NCBI GenBank assembly: GCA_044229975.1
Contig: JBGARZ010000024.1
Span: forward strand, 86,356 to 150,355
Source: Polyangiales bacterium
GTDB lineage: Bacteria > Myxococcota_A > Polyangia > Polyangiales > Ga0077539
DNA length: 64,000 nucleotides
Reading direction: 5' to 3'
How positions within the stretch are numbered: position 1 is the first letter of the stretch; the number at the start of each line of letters is the position of its first letter. Under the pieces are notes generated by a model. The model did not search any database and was not told the origin of the DNA. It saw nothing but the letters and a program-made list of their open reading frames with translations. A program made the position numbers and the translations under genes. Shown in pieces: positions 31,948-41,578 of the stretch.

Positions 31948-32952
31948 ATGCGGCCGACGACCCCGACGATGCTCCCACCCCGCGCCACGCTCTCCCTGCT
32001 CACCGACTGCGACAACCGCTGCGTGTTCTGCGCGCCCGACGGGCTCCCCGCGGCCGCCCCGCGCGAGCTCGACGCCGTCGTCGCCGACCTCGACGCCCTC
32101 CGTGCACGGCACACCGCGATCACCTTCACGGGCGGCGAACCCACGCTCCACCCCGCGCTGCCCGCCATCGTCGCCGCGGCGCGCGCTCGCGGCTTCACCC
32201 ACGTCGGGCTCCAGTCCAACGGCCGTCGCCTGCGCGAGCACCACTACGCCAACGCCTTGCGCGACGCGGGCCTCACCGACGTCCACCTCTCGCTGCACGG
32301 CCTCGGATCAACCATCCACGACCACCACACGGGCGTCGAAGGCAGCTTCGCCGAAGCCTTCGACGGGCTCGCCGCCGCCCGCCACGCGGGCCTCACCATC
32401 GTCGTGACCACGGTGCTCACGCGCTCCAACGCGCGCTCCCTCACCGCGCTCGCCCCGTGGCTCGCCGCGCAGTCCGTCGCCGCGTGGTCCGTCGCCGTGC
32501 CCCGCACCGCGGGCCGACTCTTCGCCAGCTTCGACCGGGTGTTTCCGCGGCTGGCGATGGCGATGCCGCACGCGCTGCACGCGCTCTCGGCGGCGCAGCA
32601 GAAGGGCGTCGTCCCCTTCCTGCGCGGAGCGCCGCTGTGCCTGCTCGGCCCCTTCGCGGCGCGCAGCCTCCCTGTCGCGACTGGAGCCTTCGCCCCGCAA
32701 CCCTGCGGCACCTGCCCGGCCCGCGCGTGGTGCCCCGGCGTCGACGCCCGCTACCTCAAGCGCTTCGGCGGCGACGAGCTCTCCGCAGCGCGCGCCCCCA
32801 CCTCTCCCGCAAAGCCCTTCACGGCTCGCGAAGAGTCGCTCGCGGTGATGTTCGTGGGGGAGGGGCCCGGCGGTCCGGAGCCGGCCGGGGTAGAGTCGGC
32901 GCCGACGGGCGCTACGCGGGTGGCGTTGCCGATCGTGCGCGAGGGCGCGTAG
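31948..32952 (+). CDS. Radical SAM protein (HxsC-like clade)
   Basis: CDNRCVFC, GGEPT, QSNG, HDHHTGVEGSF, APLC, CGTCPARAWCPG. Confidence 0.85.
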   Translation: MRPTTPTMLPPRATLSLLTDCDNRCVFCAPDGLPAAAPRELDAVVADLDALRARHTAITFTGGEPTLHPALPAIVAAARARGFTHVGLQSNGRRLREHHYANALRDAGLTDVHLSLHGLGSTIHDHHTGVEGSFAEAFDGLAAARHAGLTIVVTTVLTRSNARSLTALAPWLAAQSVAAWSVAVPRTAGRLFASFDRVFPRLAMAMPHALHALSAAQQKGVVPFLRGAPLCLLGPFAARSLPVATGAFAPQPCGTCPARAWCPGVDARYLKRFGGDELSAARAPTSPAKPFTAREESLAVMFVGEGPGGPEPAGVESAPTGATRVALPIVREGA

Positions 32953-32963
32953 ACCGAGGACGC

Positions 32964-34196
32964 ATGGCGAACATCGGGTACATCCAGGTCGTCCGGCACT
33001 GCAATCACTTCTGCGGGTTCTGCTCCAACCCGACGACGCCGTACGTGCACACCTTCGAGACGATGAAGGTGCTCGTCGACGACCTCGTCGACCGCAACTA
33101 CTTCGGGGTGATCCTGACGGGCGGCGAGCCGTCGCTTCATCCCGAGCTGCCGCGCATCGCGCGCTACGCCTCCGACCGCGGGCTGCACGTGCGCATGATC
33201 ACCAACGGGTGGCGCATGGCCGACCCGGCCTTCGCGAAGGAGATGGCCGAGGCGGGGCTGAAGCTCGTGCACGTGTCGGTCTACTCGGTGCGGCCCGACG
33301 TCGAGGAGAAGCTGCGCGGCACGCCCGGCACCGTGGAGCGGGCCTTCGCGGCGATCGAAAACGCCAACCGCTACGGCATCGACGTCAACATCAACTGCGT
33401 CATCAACAAGCTCAACGCCGACCACCTCGACGAAAACATCCGCCACTGGATCACGCACCACCCGTACATCCGGCACTTCGTCTGGAACAACCTCGACCCC
33501 TCCATGGGTCGCGCCGAGGTCAACCAGGCCGAGTACACCCCGCGGCTCGCCGACTTCGAGGTGTCGCTCCACCGCGCGCTGAAGCTCCTCCACCAGAGCG
33601 GCCGCACCTTCCGCGTGGAGAAGGTCCCGCTCTGCTACATGGCGGAGTTTGCGTGGGCGAGCACCGAGACCCGCAAGATCGTGAAGGGCGAGGAGCGCAT
33701 CGTTCACTTCCTCGACGCCAAGCAGACGGTCCGGCAGACCGACTGGGAGCACATCTACTCGGACGGCTGCTCGGTCTGCTCGCTACGCACCATCTGCGGG
33801 GGTCTCTTCGACCGCGGCAACGCCTACGACCCCGGCGAGCTGTACCCGGTGTTCATCGACCGCGACGCCGTCGTCGAGAAGATCATCCACGACCCGCGCG
33901 ACCCCAGCTACGAGTTCCGCTCCATGGACGCGTGGCGGGCGGACTTCGAGCGCCGCGTCGCCGAGGCCCGCGCCGCTGGCAATCGCCGCCCATTGCCGAT
34001 GCACGGCGACCAGCCGCCCGAGCACATGACCCCGCCCAACGCCCCCGCCGTGGGGCAGATCACCGAACAGGGGCTCCGACTCTTCGAATCCAAACGCAAT
34101 TCCGAAGGAAAGAAGGCCGCTCAGATCGGTATCTCCCTCGAACGGATGGAAGTGCAGATCCCGGTCAATCCCCCATTGACCAAGACCGACCCATGA
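32964..34196 (+). CDS. Radical SAM protein (HxsC-like clade)
   Basis: CNHFCGFCSNP, GGEPS, ITNG, VPLC, CSVCSLRTICGG. GAGGA RBS upstream of ATG 32964. Confidence 0.9.
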   Translation: MANIGYIQVVRHCNHFCGFCSNPTTPYVHTFETMKVLVDDLVDRNYFGVILTGGEPSLHPELPRIARYASDRGLHVRMITNGWRMADPAFAKEMAEAGLKLVHVSVYSVRPDVEEKLRGTPGTVERAFAAIENANRYGIDVNINCVINKLNADHLDENIRHWITHHPYIRHFVWNNLDPSMGRAEVNQAEYTPRLADFEVSLHRALKLLHQSGRTFRVEKVPLCYMAEFAWASTETRKIVKGEERIVHFLDAKQTVRQTDWEHIYSDGCSVCSLRTICGGLFDRGNAYDPGELYPVFIDRDAVVEKIIHDPRDPSYEFRSMDAWRADFERRVAEARAAGNRRPLPMHGDQPPEHMTPPNAPAVGQITEQGLRLFESKRNSEGKKAAQIGISLERMEVQIPVNPPLTKTDP

Positions 34197-34519
34197 AAGC
34201 ACTGTTGTGGCTCGCTCCTTGCTGAATTCCACAGACAGCACCGCAATGCACGCCGGAACAACATCACCTGAAAACCCCTTCTGTCTGCGGTTTCGCGCCG
34301 ACAGAGGCTTCATCGTGGGTGCTCCGGCCTCGTCCGATCTCAGGCTCGTCCCACCCGGCGATGCCTGGAAAACTTTGCGTACCATTGCCGTGGCTGCGGG
34401 GTTCACTGCTTCAGGTGGGTGGTCGGAGCGTGAAAACTTTGCGAGGATTCCTCGGTCCTCGAACGGTTCATCTGGCGTGAGCCGCGCGGAATGAGGCACC
34501 TTCCCCAGCGGAGCGTCGA

Positions 34520-35254
34520 ATGTTGAAGTGGAACCGGCGCCAGTTCCTGAGTGGAGTGTTGACCGCTGCCAGCGCGGGTGCGGCGACGTCTGCCCAGGCT
34601 CTGCCCGTCTCCTCGTCGCTGCTCTCCGGAGCACCCGGCACCTCCCCACTCCCTGCACCCGTCTCGCCCACGGGTCACGAAGCTCCTGCCACCGCAACAA
34701 GCTGTGCGAGCAACCACGTCGCGCACGACCTCCAGCAGATGCTCCCCGAGGGGCAGCGCTTCGGTCGCTGGCGCGTGGTGTCGGTGCTCCCGGTCAAGCT
34801 CGGCGCCGTGCCCGTGGTGCTGGAGTCTCGCCGCGGCGAGCGCTTCCAGGTCGACGTCCTGCGACGCGACCGCAGCACGCGCGCCCGTCGCGGCCTCGCT
34901 GAGACGCGCGAGTACTCGCTGTTCCTGCTCAACCGCGGCTTGGGTGATACCCCGACCCAGGAAGACCACGGCCTGGCGGTGCTCTGGCTCGCGGCCCTGC
35001 TCCGCCCGCGCGAGCGCACCGCGGGCACCGTCGCGCTGCTCACCCAGCGCGAGCGCACCCAGCGCTTCCCGCGCGGCAAGTTCAACGCCCTCACCTCCGC
35101 CGTCGCCGAAGAGCAGACGCGCTTCGAGGCGCCCGCCTCCGAGGCGAGCTGGCAGTTCGCCGAAGGGGCCGCGACGCCTCCGCGCATCGAGGCCGAAGAG
35201 CCCGCTCCCGCGCTCCCCGGCTCGCCCGAGTACGACGCCCTCCTCCTCGGCTGA
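34520..35254 (+). CDS. Hypothetical protein with twin-arginine (Tat) signal peptide
   Basis: NRRQFL followed by a hydrophobic stretch and an AQA cleavage site. Confidence 0.7.
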   Translation: MLKWNRRQFLSGVLTAASAGAATSAQALPVSSSLLSGAPGTSPLPAPVSPTGHEAPATATSCASNHVAHDLQQMLPEGQRFGRWRVVSVLPVKLGAVPVVLESRRGERFQVDVLRRDRSTRARRGLAETREYSLFLLNRGLGDTPTQEDHGLAVLWLAALLRPRERTAGTVALLTQRERTQRFPRGKFNALTSAVAEEQTRFEAPASEASWQFAEGAATPPRIEAEEPAPALPGSPEYDALLLG

Positions 35255-35405
35255 CCGGCGCTCCGCCGCAGCCCCACTCCCGTACGCAACCGAGCCCACG
35301 CCGAGGCGTCAGCCCGACGCGCATCCGCGGTCGATCAGTCACCTCTACGGCGCGCTGTCGACGTGGTCGGACGCGCGCCACGCTAACGCGTCGGCGTGGT
35401 CGCCT

Positions 35406-37283
35406 TCACTCGGCGTCGGCGAGCACCGGCTGCATCAGCTCGTAGCCGTGCGCGCGGATGTAGTTGATGTGCATGCCGTCGCAGCGCGACGCGTGGACGC
35501 ACGGCTTGCAGCGGAGCGACTTCGCCTTGTAGCGGTCGACGATGTACCGCTGGATGTAGCGGAAGATCTCGAGCTGCCCGTCGGGGGTCATCATCGACGC
35601 GTCGAGGGTCTTCACCGGCTCGCGCGGCGTACGCCCGATCACGCACGCCGGAACCCCCTCCACCGGGACATCACCCGCAAAGCGCTCGAAGAACGCCCGC
35701 AGGTCGACGTCGTACGCCTGGGCCTCGCTCATGCGCTCGTAGGTCGGCTGGAAGAGCGCCAGCCGTGACGGCACCGGCCCCGCTGCGGCGAGCGAGAGCA
35801 GCCACGGCTCGTTGGCCTTCGTGAGCGCGACGGCCACCTCGAAGTCACCCGGCATCGCCAGCAGCGCCTCGGCCTGCGCAGCCTTCGACGCGATCGCCCG
35901 CGTCACCCGCCACGGGACGTCCGAGCGTCCAGACGTCCAGACGTCTAGACCACTGAAGTCCGCGAGCTCGAGCTCCACCTCGGTGAGCGTCGGGTGCAGC
36001 GCGATCTCGGCGAGCGCGGCCGTCACGTCCGGCGCCACCACCCAGAGCTTGCGCGCCTGCGCCTCGACGGCGAGCGCCCCGGGCGCCACCGTCGCGATCG
36101 CGGTCGACGCCTTGGCGCTCTGCCCCAGCACCGGCAGCCGGAGCTTGGCCCGCGACGAGTCCACGGTGACGTCCTGGCCCTGCGCCTCGACCACCGCGTC
36201 GCCCTCCGGAAGCGCCGTGAGGCCGCCTTCCGCGAGCTGCGCCTCGATGGCCCGCGCCCGCTTGCTGCTGGCCGGATCGCCACCCCAGATGGGCCCCTGC
36301 TTCTTCTCCCAGGCGACGTCGACGCGGAGCCGCGCGAAGTCGCGCTGGATCACGTTGTCGCGCACGCCGTAGAGGGTGTCGCAGACGTTCTGGAGGTAGC
36401 AGAGCTTGCAGCGCGAGGGCTCGCGGCAGTCGAGGTCGACGCCCTCGGTGAGCAGCCGGTGGAACTCCTCCTTCCGCCCCTTGGCCTCGTCGTTGAGCTT
36501 GTACGGGTCCTGGATGAGCGACTCGTAGCCTTCGAGGTGCTGCACCGGGAAGCGGTTGAGCCAGATGTGCACGTCGGGCCGCTTGGAGAACGCGAAGGCT
36601 TCGAGCAGGTACGGGCGCATCTCCTCGAGGTCGTAGAAGAGGATGTCCTTCCCTTCCTTGAACGCGTTGCCGAAGGGGATCACGTGCAGCAGGTCGTACT
36701 CGCGCACGCCCATCGCGATGAACTTCTCAAGGATGGTCTTGAGGTGCTTCACGTTGCCACGGTTGATCACCACGTCGATGTTCACGATGGGACGGCCGTC
36801 TTCGAGCGCGTACTGGAGCCCCTGCACCTCCTGCTCGAACGCGCCCTTCGCGCCCACGAGCGCGTCGTGGATGCGCGCGTTGGGGCCGTGGATGGAGAAC
36901 GTGATCTCGTCGAGACCCGCGTCGAGGCAGCGCTGCAAGAAGGCCTTGTAGGAGAACGCGCGGCCGTTGGTGACGGTCTGGATCTTCCGGTACTTCGCGG
37001 CCTTCCCGAGGCGGATGAAGTCCACGTAGTTGGGGTGCATCGTGGGCTCGCCGCCGGAGAGGATGAGCCGCTGCGCGCCCTTCTTCGCCCCGTCGAGGAT
37101 CTGCTGCTTCACCTCGTCGCGGTCACGCATCTGCCCGTCGTGCGTGAGCGTGTCGAGGCAGAAGACGCAGTGGTTGTTGCAGTCGAAGGTGAGGCGCACC
37201 CAGTTGCGCTTCTCGTGCGCGGCGTCTTCGTGTTCGAGCAGCTTCTCGTCGAGGCCCGCGTCTGGGTTCTGCACCGTCAACAT
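35406..37283 (-). CDS. Radical SAM protein with degenerate C-terminal second module
   Basis: CNNHCVFC, GGEPT, VTNG and CKLCYLQNVC. The C-terminus repeats VPAC and CKPCVHASRCDG. Confidence 0.9.
   Translation of the reverse strand: MLTVQNPDAGLDEKLLEHEDAAHEKRNWVRLTFDCNNHCVFCLDTLTHDGQMRDRDEVKQQILDGAKKGAQRLILSGGEPTMHPNYVDFIRLGKAAKYRKIQTVTNGRAFSYKAFLQRCLDAGLDEITFSIHGPNARIHDALVGAKGAFEQEVQGLQYALEDGRPIVNIDVVINRGNVKHLKTILEKFIAMGVREYDLLHVIPFGNAFKEGKDILFYDLEEMRPYLLEAFAFSKRPDVHIWLNRFPVQHLEGYESLIQDPYKLNDEAKGRKEEFHRLLTEGVDLDCREPSRCKLCYLQNVCDTLYGVRDNVIQRDFARLRVDVAWEKKQGPIWGGDPASSKRARAIEAQLAEGGLTALPEGDAVVEAQGQDVTVDSSRAKLRLPVLGQSAKASTAIATVAPGALAVEAQARKLWVVAPDVTAALAEIALHPTLTEVELELADFSGLDVWTSGRSDVPWRVTRAIASKAAQAEALLAMPGDFEVAVALTKANEPWLLSLAAAGPVPSRLALFQPTYERMSEAQAYDVDLRAFFERFAGDVPVEGVPACVIGRTPREPVKTLDASMMTPDGQLEIFRYIQRYIVDRYKAKSLRCKPCVHASRCDGMHINYIRAHGYELMQPVLADAE
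35913..35952. repeat. Five tandem 8-bp repeats (CCAGACGT-like) inside a CDS
   Basis: CGGGACGT CCGAGCGT CCAGACGT CCAGACGT CTAGACCA. Confidence 0.65.
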
Positions 37284-37366
37284 ACCGTTCCGTAGCTCCT
37301 GCGGGCGTTAGAGAGGGGATTGCAACACAAGCCGCGATCAGAGGCCATGCACGTTCCGGTGCGCGC

Positions 37367-38290
37367 TCAGGCCACGGGCCTGAACTCGTCCTCGCCGTGC
37401 ACCGCGAGGTAGTCGCGCCGCAATCCGTTGCAGCGTGATCGATGACGGCATGGCGCGCAGCCCGGTAAAAAGTACCCACCCTCGATGGGCGAGTCGGCCA
37501 GGTCGAAGGCGTGCCCGCCAGGGTTCACCACGCGCATGCCGAAGCCCGCCGCGTCGAAGAGCGCGCCGTGCAGCGCCTCCGGCAGCACGCACGCCGGCGT
37601 GTGCAGCGACACCAGCTCTGCATCGGCGTTGGCCGCGACGGCCGCCACCAGCGCCGGGACGACGTCGCTCATCCGCGGAACCTCCGCCCGCACCGCAAGG
37701 TCATCGCGCGCCTGATCGATCGCCGAGAGCAGCCACACGCGGAAGTGCCGCGCGCCCCAGCTCAGGCCCAGCGACACCATCGCGGGCAGCTCGGCGGCGT
37801 TGCTCGCGGTGATGAGCAGGTCGCCCTCCAGGGTGATGCCCGCCTCGCGAACGGCCTCAGCGCCGCGCGCCATCAGGTCGAAGCAGCCGTCGGTGCGAGC
37901 GATGCGGTCGTGCGTGGCGGCCGAGGCGCCCTTCATCGAGAGCGCGACCTCGGTGATGCCGGCGTCGGCGCAGCGCCGCGCATAGCCGGGATAGGCGAGC
38001 ATCATCCCGTTGGTCTGCAGCTTCACCCGCGCGTAGCCGAGGCGACGGCCCATCGCGGCGATGCGGAAGATGTCCTTGCGAAGCGTGGGTTCACCGCCGC
38101 CCAACCAGAGACAGTCGGCGCCGTCGGCGCGCCCTTGTTGGAGCGCGCGAACGACCTCCGCATCGGTCATCGCAGGACCATCGTCCTGGACGGCGAAGCA
38201 GCCGATACAGCGGTTGTTGCAGCGATAGTCGGGGGTGAGTTCGACCCAGTGGAGTCGACGCAGACGGTGGCCTTCAGGCCGCGCGATCAC
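37367..38290 (-). CDS. Radical SAM protein (HxsC-like), translationally coupled to the precursor
   Basis: [36 protein letters not shown] overlaps the precursor TGA. Confidence 0.9.
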   Translation of the reverse strand: MIARPEGHRLRRLHWVELTPDYRCNNRCIGCFAVQDDGPAMTDAEVVRALQQGRADGADCLWLGGGEPTLRKDIFRIAAMGRRLGYARVKLQTNGMMLAYPGYARRCADAGITEVALSMKGASAATHDRIARTDGCFDLMARGAEAVREAGITLEGDLLITASNAAELPAMVSLGLSWGARHFRVWLLSAIDQARDDLAVRAEVPRMSDVVPALVAAVAANADAELVSLHTPACVLPEALHGALFDAAGFGMRVVNPGGHAFDLADSPIEGGYFLPGCAPCRHRSRCNGLRRDYLAVHGEDEFRPVA

Positions 38291-39063
38291 CAGCTCCCGT
38301 GCGAGCCGTGCGACCCGTGCGACCCGTGCGAGCCGTGGCTGCCGTGCGAGCCGTGCGAGCCGTGCGACCCGTGCGAGCCGTGGCTGCCGTGCGAACCGTG
38401 CGAGCCGTGTGAACCGTGCGAACCGTGCGAGCCGTGCGAACCGTGCGAGCCGTGGCTGCCGTGCGAACCGTGCGAGCCGTGCGAGCCGTGCGACCCGTGG
38501 CTGCCGTGCGAACCGTGCGAGCCGTGCGAACCGTGCGAGCCGTGCGAACCGTGCGAGCCGTGCGAACCGTGCGAGCCGTGGCTGCCGTGCGAACCGTGGC
38601 TGCCGTGCGAGCCGTGCGAGCCGTGGCTGCCGTGCGAACCGTGCGAGCCGTGCGACCCGTGCGAACCGTGCGAGCCGTGCGAGCCGTGCGAGCCGTGTGA
38701 CCCGTGCGAGCCGTGCGAGCCGTGTGACCCGTGCGAGCCGTGTGACCCGTGGCTGCCGTGCGAGCCGTGCGAGCCGTGTGACCCGTGCGAGCCGTGCGAG
38801 CCGTGCGAGCCGTGGCTGCCGTGCGAGCCGTGCGACCCGTGCGAGCCGTGCGACCCGTGCGAACAGTGCTGGGCGCCGCGCTGGTCATCATCCGGCTCGC
38901 CCATCGGGAGCTTCGGACGGTTGGCCGCCTCTTCGCCAGCACGATCGGCCAGCTCACGCTCCTGGGTGGAGAGTGTGTCCGCAGCCGAGCGCTTGAACGA
39001 CGGGAGCTCGTCGTCGCTACCGCTGTCGTCTGCGTCGTCCAGATGGTCGTCGGCGCCTGTCAT
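38287..39063 (-). CDS. hxsA: His-Xaa-Ser repeat precursor protein (HxsA-like): 65-aa acidic leader + HCS + (HGS)63 + W
   Basis: 258 aa = 65 + 64x3 + 1. Lies directly downstream of hxsB with a GAGG RBS. Synonymous codon variation keeps HGS invariant in this frame only. Confidence 0.9.
   Translation of the reverse strand: MTGADDHLDDADDSGSDDELPSFKRSAADTLSTQERELADRAGEEAANRPKLPMGEPDDDQRGAQHCSHGSHGSHGSHGSHGSHGSHGSHGSHGSHGSHGSHGSHGSHGSHGSHGSHGSHGSHGSHGSHGSHGSHGSHGSHGSHGSHGSHGSHGSHGSHGSHGSHGSHGSHGSHGSHGSHGSHGSHGSHGSHGSHGSHGSHGSHGSHGSHGSHGSHGSHGSHGSHGSHGSHGSHGSHGSHGSHGSHGSHGSHGSHGSW
38293..38868 (-). repeat. 64 x 9-bp coding tandem repeat (CAC-GGN-TCG/AGC/TCA)
   Basis: Seen directly as the gccgtgcga-type array on the + strand. 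Confidence 0.97.
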
Positions 39064-39153
39064 GATGGCCTCAGCGGTTCGCTAGGGACGGGGGGTACGG
39101 CCGGCACAACCCGGACGTACCGTTTCGAGACTAAGTGAAATCCCAACAAAACT

Positions 39154-40647
39154 CTACACCGGGTCTTGCACGAAATGGTCCCGGGAACGGTTGATGGTCC
39201 AGCGACGGAACACCTGCATGGTCTCAGGGTCCCCCTCGCGGATCTTCTCGAACAGGTAATCCATGATGCCCTTGTGCACCGCGCTCACGGTGCTCTCGCG
39301 CATGCGCCCGGAGATGGACCCCTGGGTCTTGTACGTGTGCACCCCGTCGACCCCGCAGTACGGGTTGTAGGCGCAGTTCACGCAGTCGGGCCGCCCGTTG
39401 AGGTTGGACCCCAGCACCAACGCGCGGATGGTCGGGTGGGCCATCATCGTGTCGTAGGTGAGCTCGCCCACCTTCCCGAGCAGGAAGGTGTCGTCGCCGG
39501 TCTCGTGCATCATCCGGGCTTCGTCGCCCGCGAAAACAAGCCCGTCGTAGTTGTACGCGATGGCGCTGATGCCCGCGCCGCTGGGGCTGCGGATGTCGAG
39601 GAAGTTGGGGTCTTCGCCGTTGAGGATCTTCGACATGAAGATCGCCGCGTACCGTTCCAACACCTGCTTGCCCTGCTTGTTGAGCTCGATGATGTAGTCG
39701 GTCGTGTCGCGGTAGAACTGCAGGTACTCCTCGCGGGGGTACTCCACCCGGTGGGCCGTCTTCTCGACGAACCCGAACGGGTCGATGGGCCGCAGGAACA
39801 TCGCCTTGCACCCGAGCGCCTCGTAGGTGTCGACGATCTCGCGGCCGCGGGAGAGCGCCTCGCGCGTCGTCGTGAGCAGCGCCTCGACGTGGTAGAGCGA
39901 CGGGTCGAGACCGCGCTCGATGTAGGCCTGGTTGATGCGCTTGATCCAGTGCACCGCGGCCTTGAAGGCGCTCGACCCGATGAGCTTGCGCTGCTTGTCG
40001 TGCAGGTGCTCCGGGCCGTCGATGCTGGTGCAGATCTGCACCTTGTGGTCGAGCAGGAAGGCCAGCTTCTCCTCGTCCATCAGGGCGAGGTTGGAGACCA
40101 TCGTGAACTCGATGCTCTTGCCGATCTCCTTGGCGCGCCGCTGACCGTACTCGATGGCGTGCTTGACGACCTTGAAGTTCACGAGCGGCTCGCCGCCCTG
40201 GAATTCCACGGTGATGAAGGGCGACGAGCTCCCCAGCGCGAGCTCGACGGACTTCTCCGCGGTCTCGGCGGACATGTCCGTCTCCACGGCCGTCATGTCG
40301 GCGCGCGAGGCGTGGCAGTACACGCAGGTCTCGTTGCACCGCAGGGTCACCACCAGCATGTGCAGGTTGGGCCCGTTATCCAGGAACTTCATCCGCTTCT
40401 TGAGCCGCGCCACCGCCGCCGGGACGTCGAACTCCGCGCGGATGAGATTGGCGGCCTTCAAGCGGTCCCACAGCCCGGTGCCGCGCTCGACGGTTCCCTC
40501 ACCAAACGCCTTGAATTCAGGCGCCGTGAGGATGACCCAGTCGCCCTGGGCGTTGGTCACCACGAACGACCCGCTCGCGATCTCCCGCACCCGGAAGAAC
40601 GCCGGGAACGTCACGCTCGGCTTCTCGATGCCCGCGAGCATGTTCAC
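39154..40647 (-). CDS. hxsB: His-Xaa-Ser system radical SAM maturase HxsB
   Basis: LHMLVVTLRCNETCVYCHAS, EFQGGEPL, SIDGP, D-x-RSP-x-GAG, AYNYDG, DEARM, CVNCAYNPYCG. Lies between hxsD and the HxS-repeat gene. Confidence 0.9.
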   Translation of the reverse strand: MNMLAGIEKPSVTFPAFFRVREIASGSFVVTNAQGDWVILTAPEFKAFGEGTVERGTGLWDRLKAANLIRAEFDVPAAVARLKKRMKFLDNGPNLHMLVVTLRCNETCVYCHASRADMTAVETDMSAETAEKSVELALGSSSPFITVEFQGGEPLVNFKVVKHAIEYGQRRAKEIGKSIEFTMVSNLALMDEEKLAFLLDHKVQICTSIDGPEHLHDKQRKLIGSSAFKAAVHWIKRINQAYIERGLDPSLYHVEALLTTTREALSRGREIVDTYEALGCKAMFLRPIDPFGFVEKTAHRVEYPREEYLQFYRDTTDYIIELNKQGKQVLERYAAIFMSKILNGEDPNFLDIRSPSGAGISAIAYNYDGLVFAGDEARMMHETGDDTFLLGKVGELTYDTMMAHPTIRALVLGSNLNGRPDCVNCAYNPYCGVDGVHTYKTQGSISGRMRESTVSAVHKGIMDYLFEKIREGDPETMQVFRRWTINRSRDHFVQDPV

Positions 40648-40859
40648 GAGATGCCGCCCTTCCGCGTGAGGCCCAGCGCGTAATTCCCAAGCTCCAGCGC
40701 CACCTTGCGCTCACGCTCGGGGCGCTTGGCGCTAATGCGCACCACCCGGTAATCCCCGTCGTCCACCAGTTCGAAGCGCGCGAAACCCTCGAACACCTTC
40801 ACCGCGCCGTCGACCGACGCGGAGGAGTACAGGTCGCGATGAAATCGCCGCTCGATCAC
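40644..40859 (-). CDS. Small HxsD-like protein
   Basis: 71 aa (VIERRFHRDLYSSASVDGAVKVF...ELGNYAL) with GTGA overlaps on both sides. Resembles the upstream HxsD (Y-x4-V...EFANEL). Confidence 0.7.
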   Translation of the reverse strand: MIERRFHRDLYSSASVDGAVKVFEGFARFELVDDGDYRVVRISAKRPERERKVALELGNYALGLTRKGGIS

Positions 40860-41389
40860 GGCTTTGCCTCGGCGCCGCCGCCCTCGACCTTGGCCTCGCT
40901 CGCGGCCTCCGTCGGGGTCTTCTTCTTGTACTTCTCCTCCCACGACATCGCGATGCCGAGCGGATCGTCGAAGGCCTCTTCCGTGAAGTCGAAGCTCGCC
41001 AGCTCGTCGAGCGAAGGCTCTGCCGCGCCCGCCGCCCGCGCCGTCGCGCCGGCCAGCGCCTGCGTGGTCACCGTCTCCAGCAACACACGGTTTTCTTCGA
41101 TGATCTTCTGCCGCCACGCCTGCGTGAGCAGCTCGTTGGCGAACTCACCCGCCAGGCTCCGCAGCGCATCTGCGTCCGTCGCTGCCTTCTTGCTCGTCAG
41201 CGTCACCGCGACGGAGCCGGCCTTCGGGCGATCGAGCAGCACGAAACAACGGTCGATGAAGATGTACGCCGCACCGTAGACCGCCTCCAGGGGGTAGACC
41301 GCCGCGTCCACAGTCAGCGTCACGCTCCCCTCGGCCAGGTCGCCCACCGCGAGATCCTTCGGAAACCCGTCCAACGTCTGTGTGCTCAT
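40856..41389 (-). CDS. hxsD: His-Xaa-Ser system protein HxsD
   Basis: VDAAVYPLEAVYGAAYIFIDRCFVLL...GEFANELL-x4-R pattern; first gene of the hxs operon. Confidence 0.8.
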   Translation of the reverse strand: MSTQTLDGFPKDLAVGDLAEGSVTLTVDAAVYPLEAVYGAAYIFIDRCFVLLDRPKAGSVAVTLTSKKAATDADALRSLAGEFANELLTQAWRQKIIEENRVLLETVTTQALAGATARAAGAAEPSLDELASFDFTEEAFDDPLGIAMSWEEKYKKKTPTEAASEAKVEGGGAEAKP

Positions 41390-41578
41390 TTGCCTGTGAA
41401 AGCCTCTGGTACGGACCTGCGGGCCCGTCGGGCCCCTGCAATGATGGTTCCGAGTTTGCACCCGCGGCGCACCCGCTCGCAAGGAAGCCATTGGGGGACC
41501 GATGGCGCTTTCCGACCCTCGGAGCCGTCGGTCACTCCGCAATCTTAGGCATGCCTCGCAACCGATTGCGGAGTGAGC

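Noticed and set aside
37367..38290. Assigning the symbol hxsC to one specific gene
   Set aside because: Many paralogs are HxsC-like, and orthology cannot be fixed without HMM scores.
38293..38868. Tandem array as a CRISPR or non-coding VNTR
   Set aside because: It has a 9-bp period with no spacers and is in frame within a coding gene.
37511..39085. Plus-strand ORF with (PCE/PCD/PWL)n that looks like a metallothionein, and the RAS/RTA repeat frames
   Set aside because: These are shadows of the HGS repeat. Nucleotide variation is synonymous only in the HGS frame, which also fits the operon direction and RBS.
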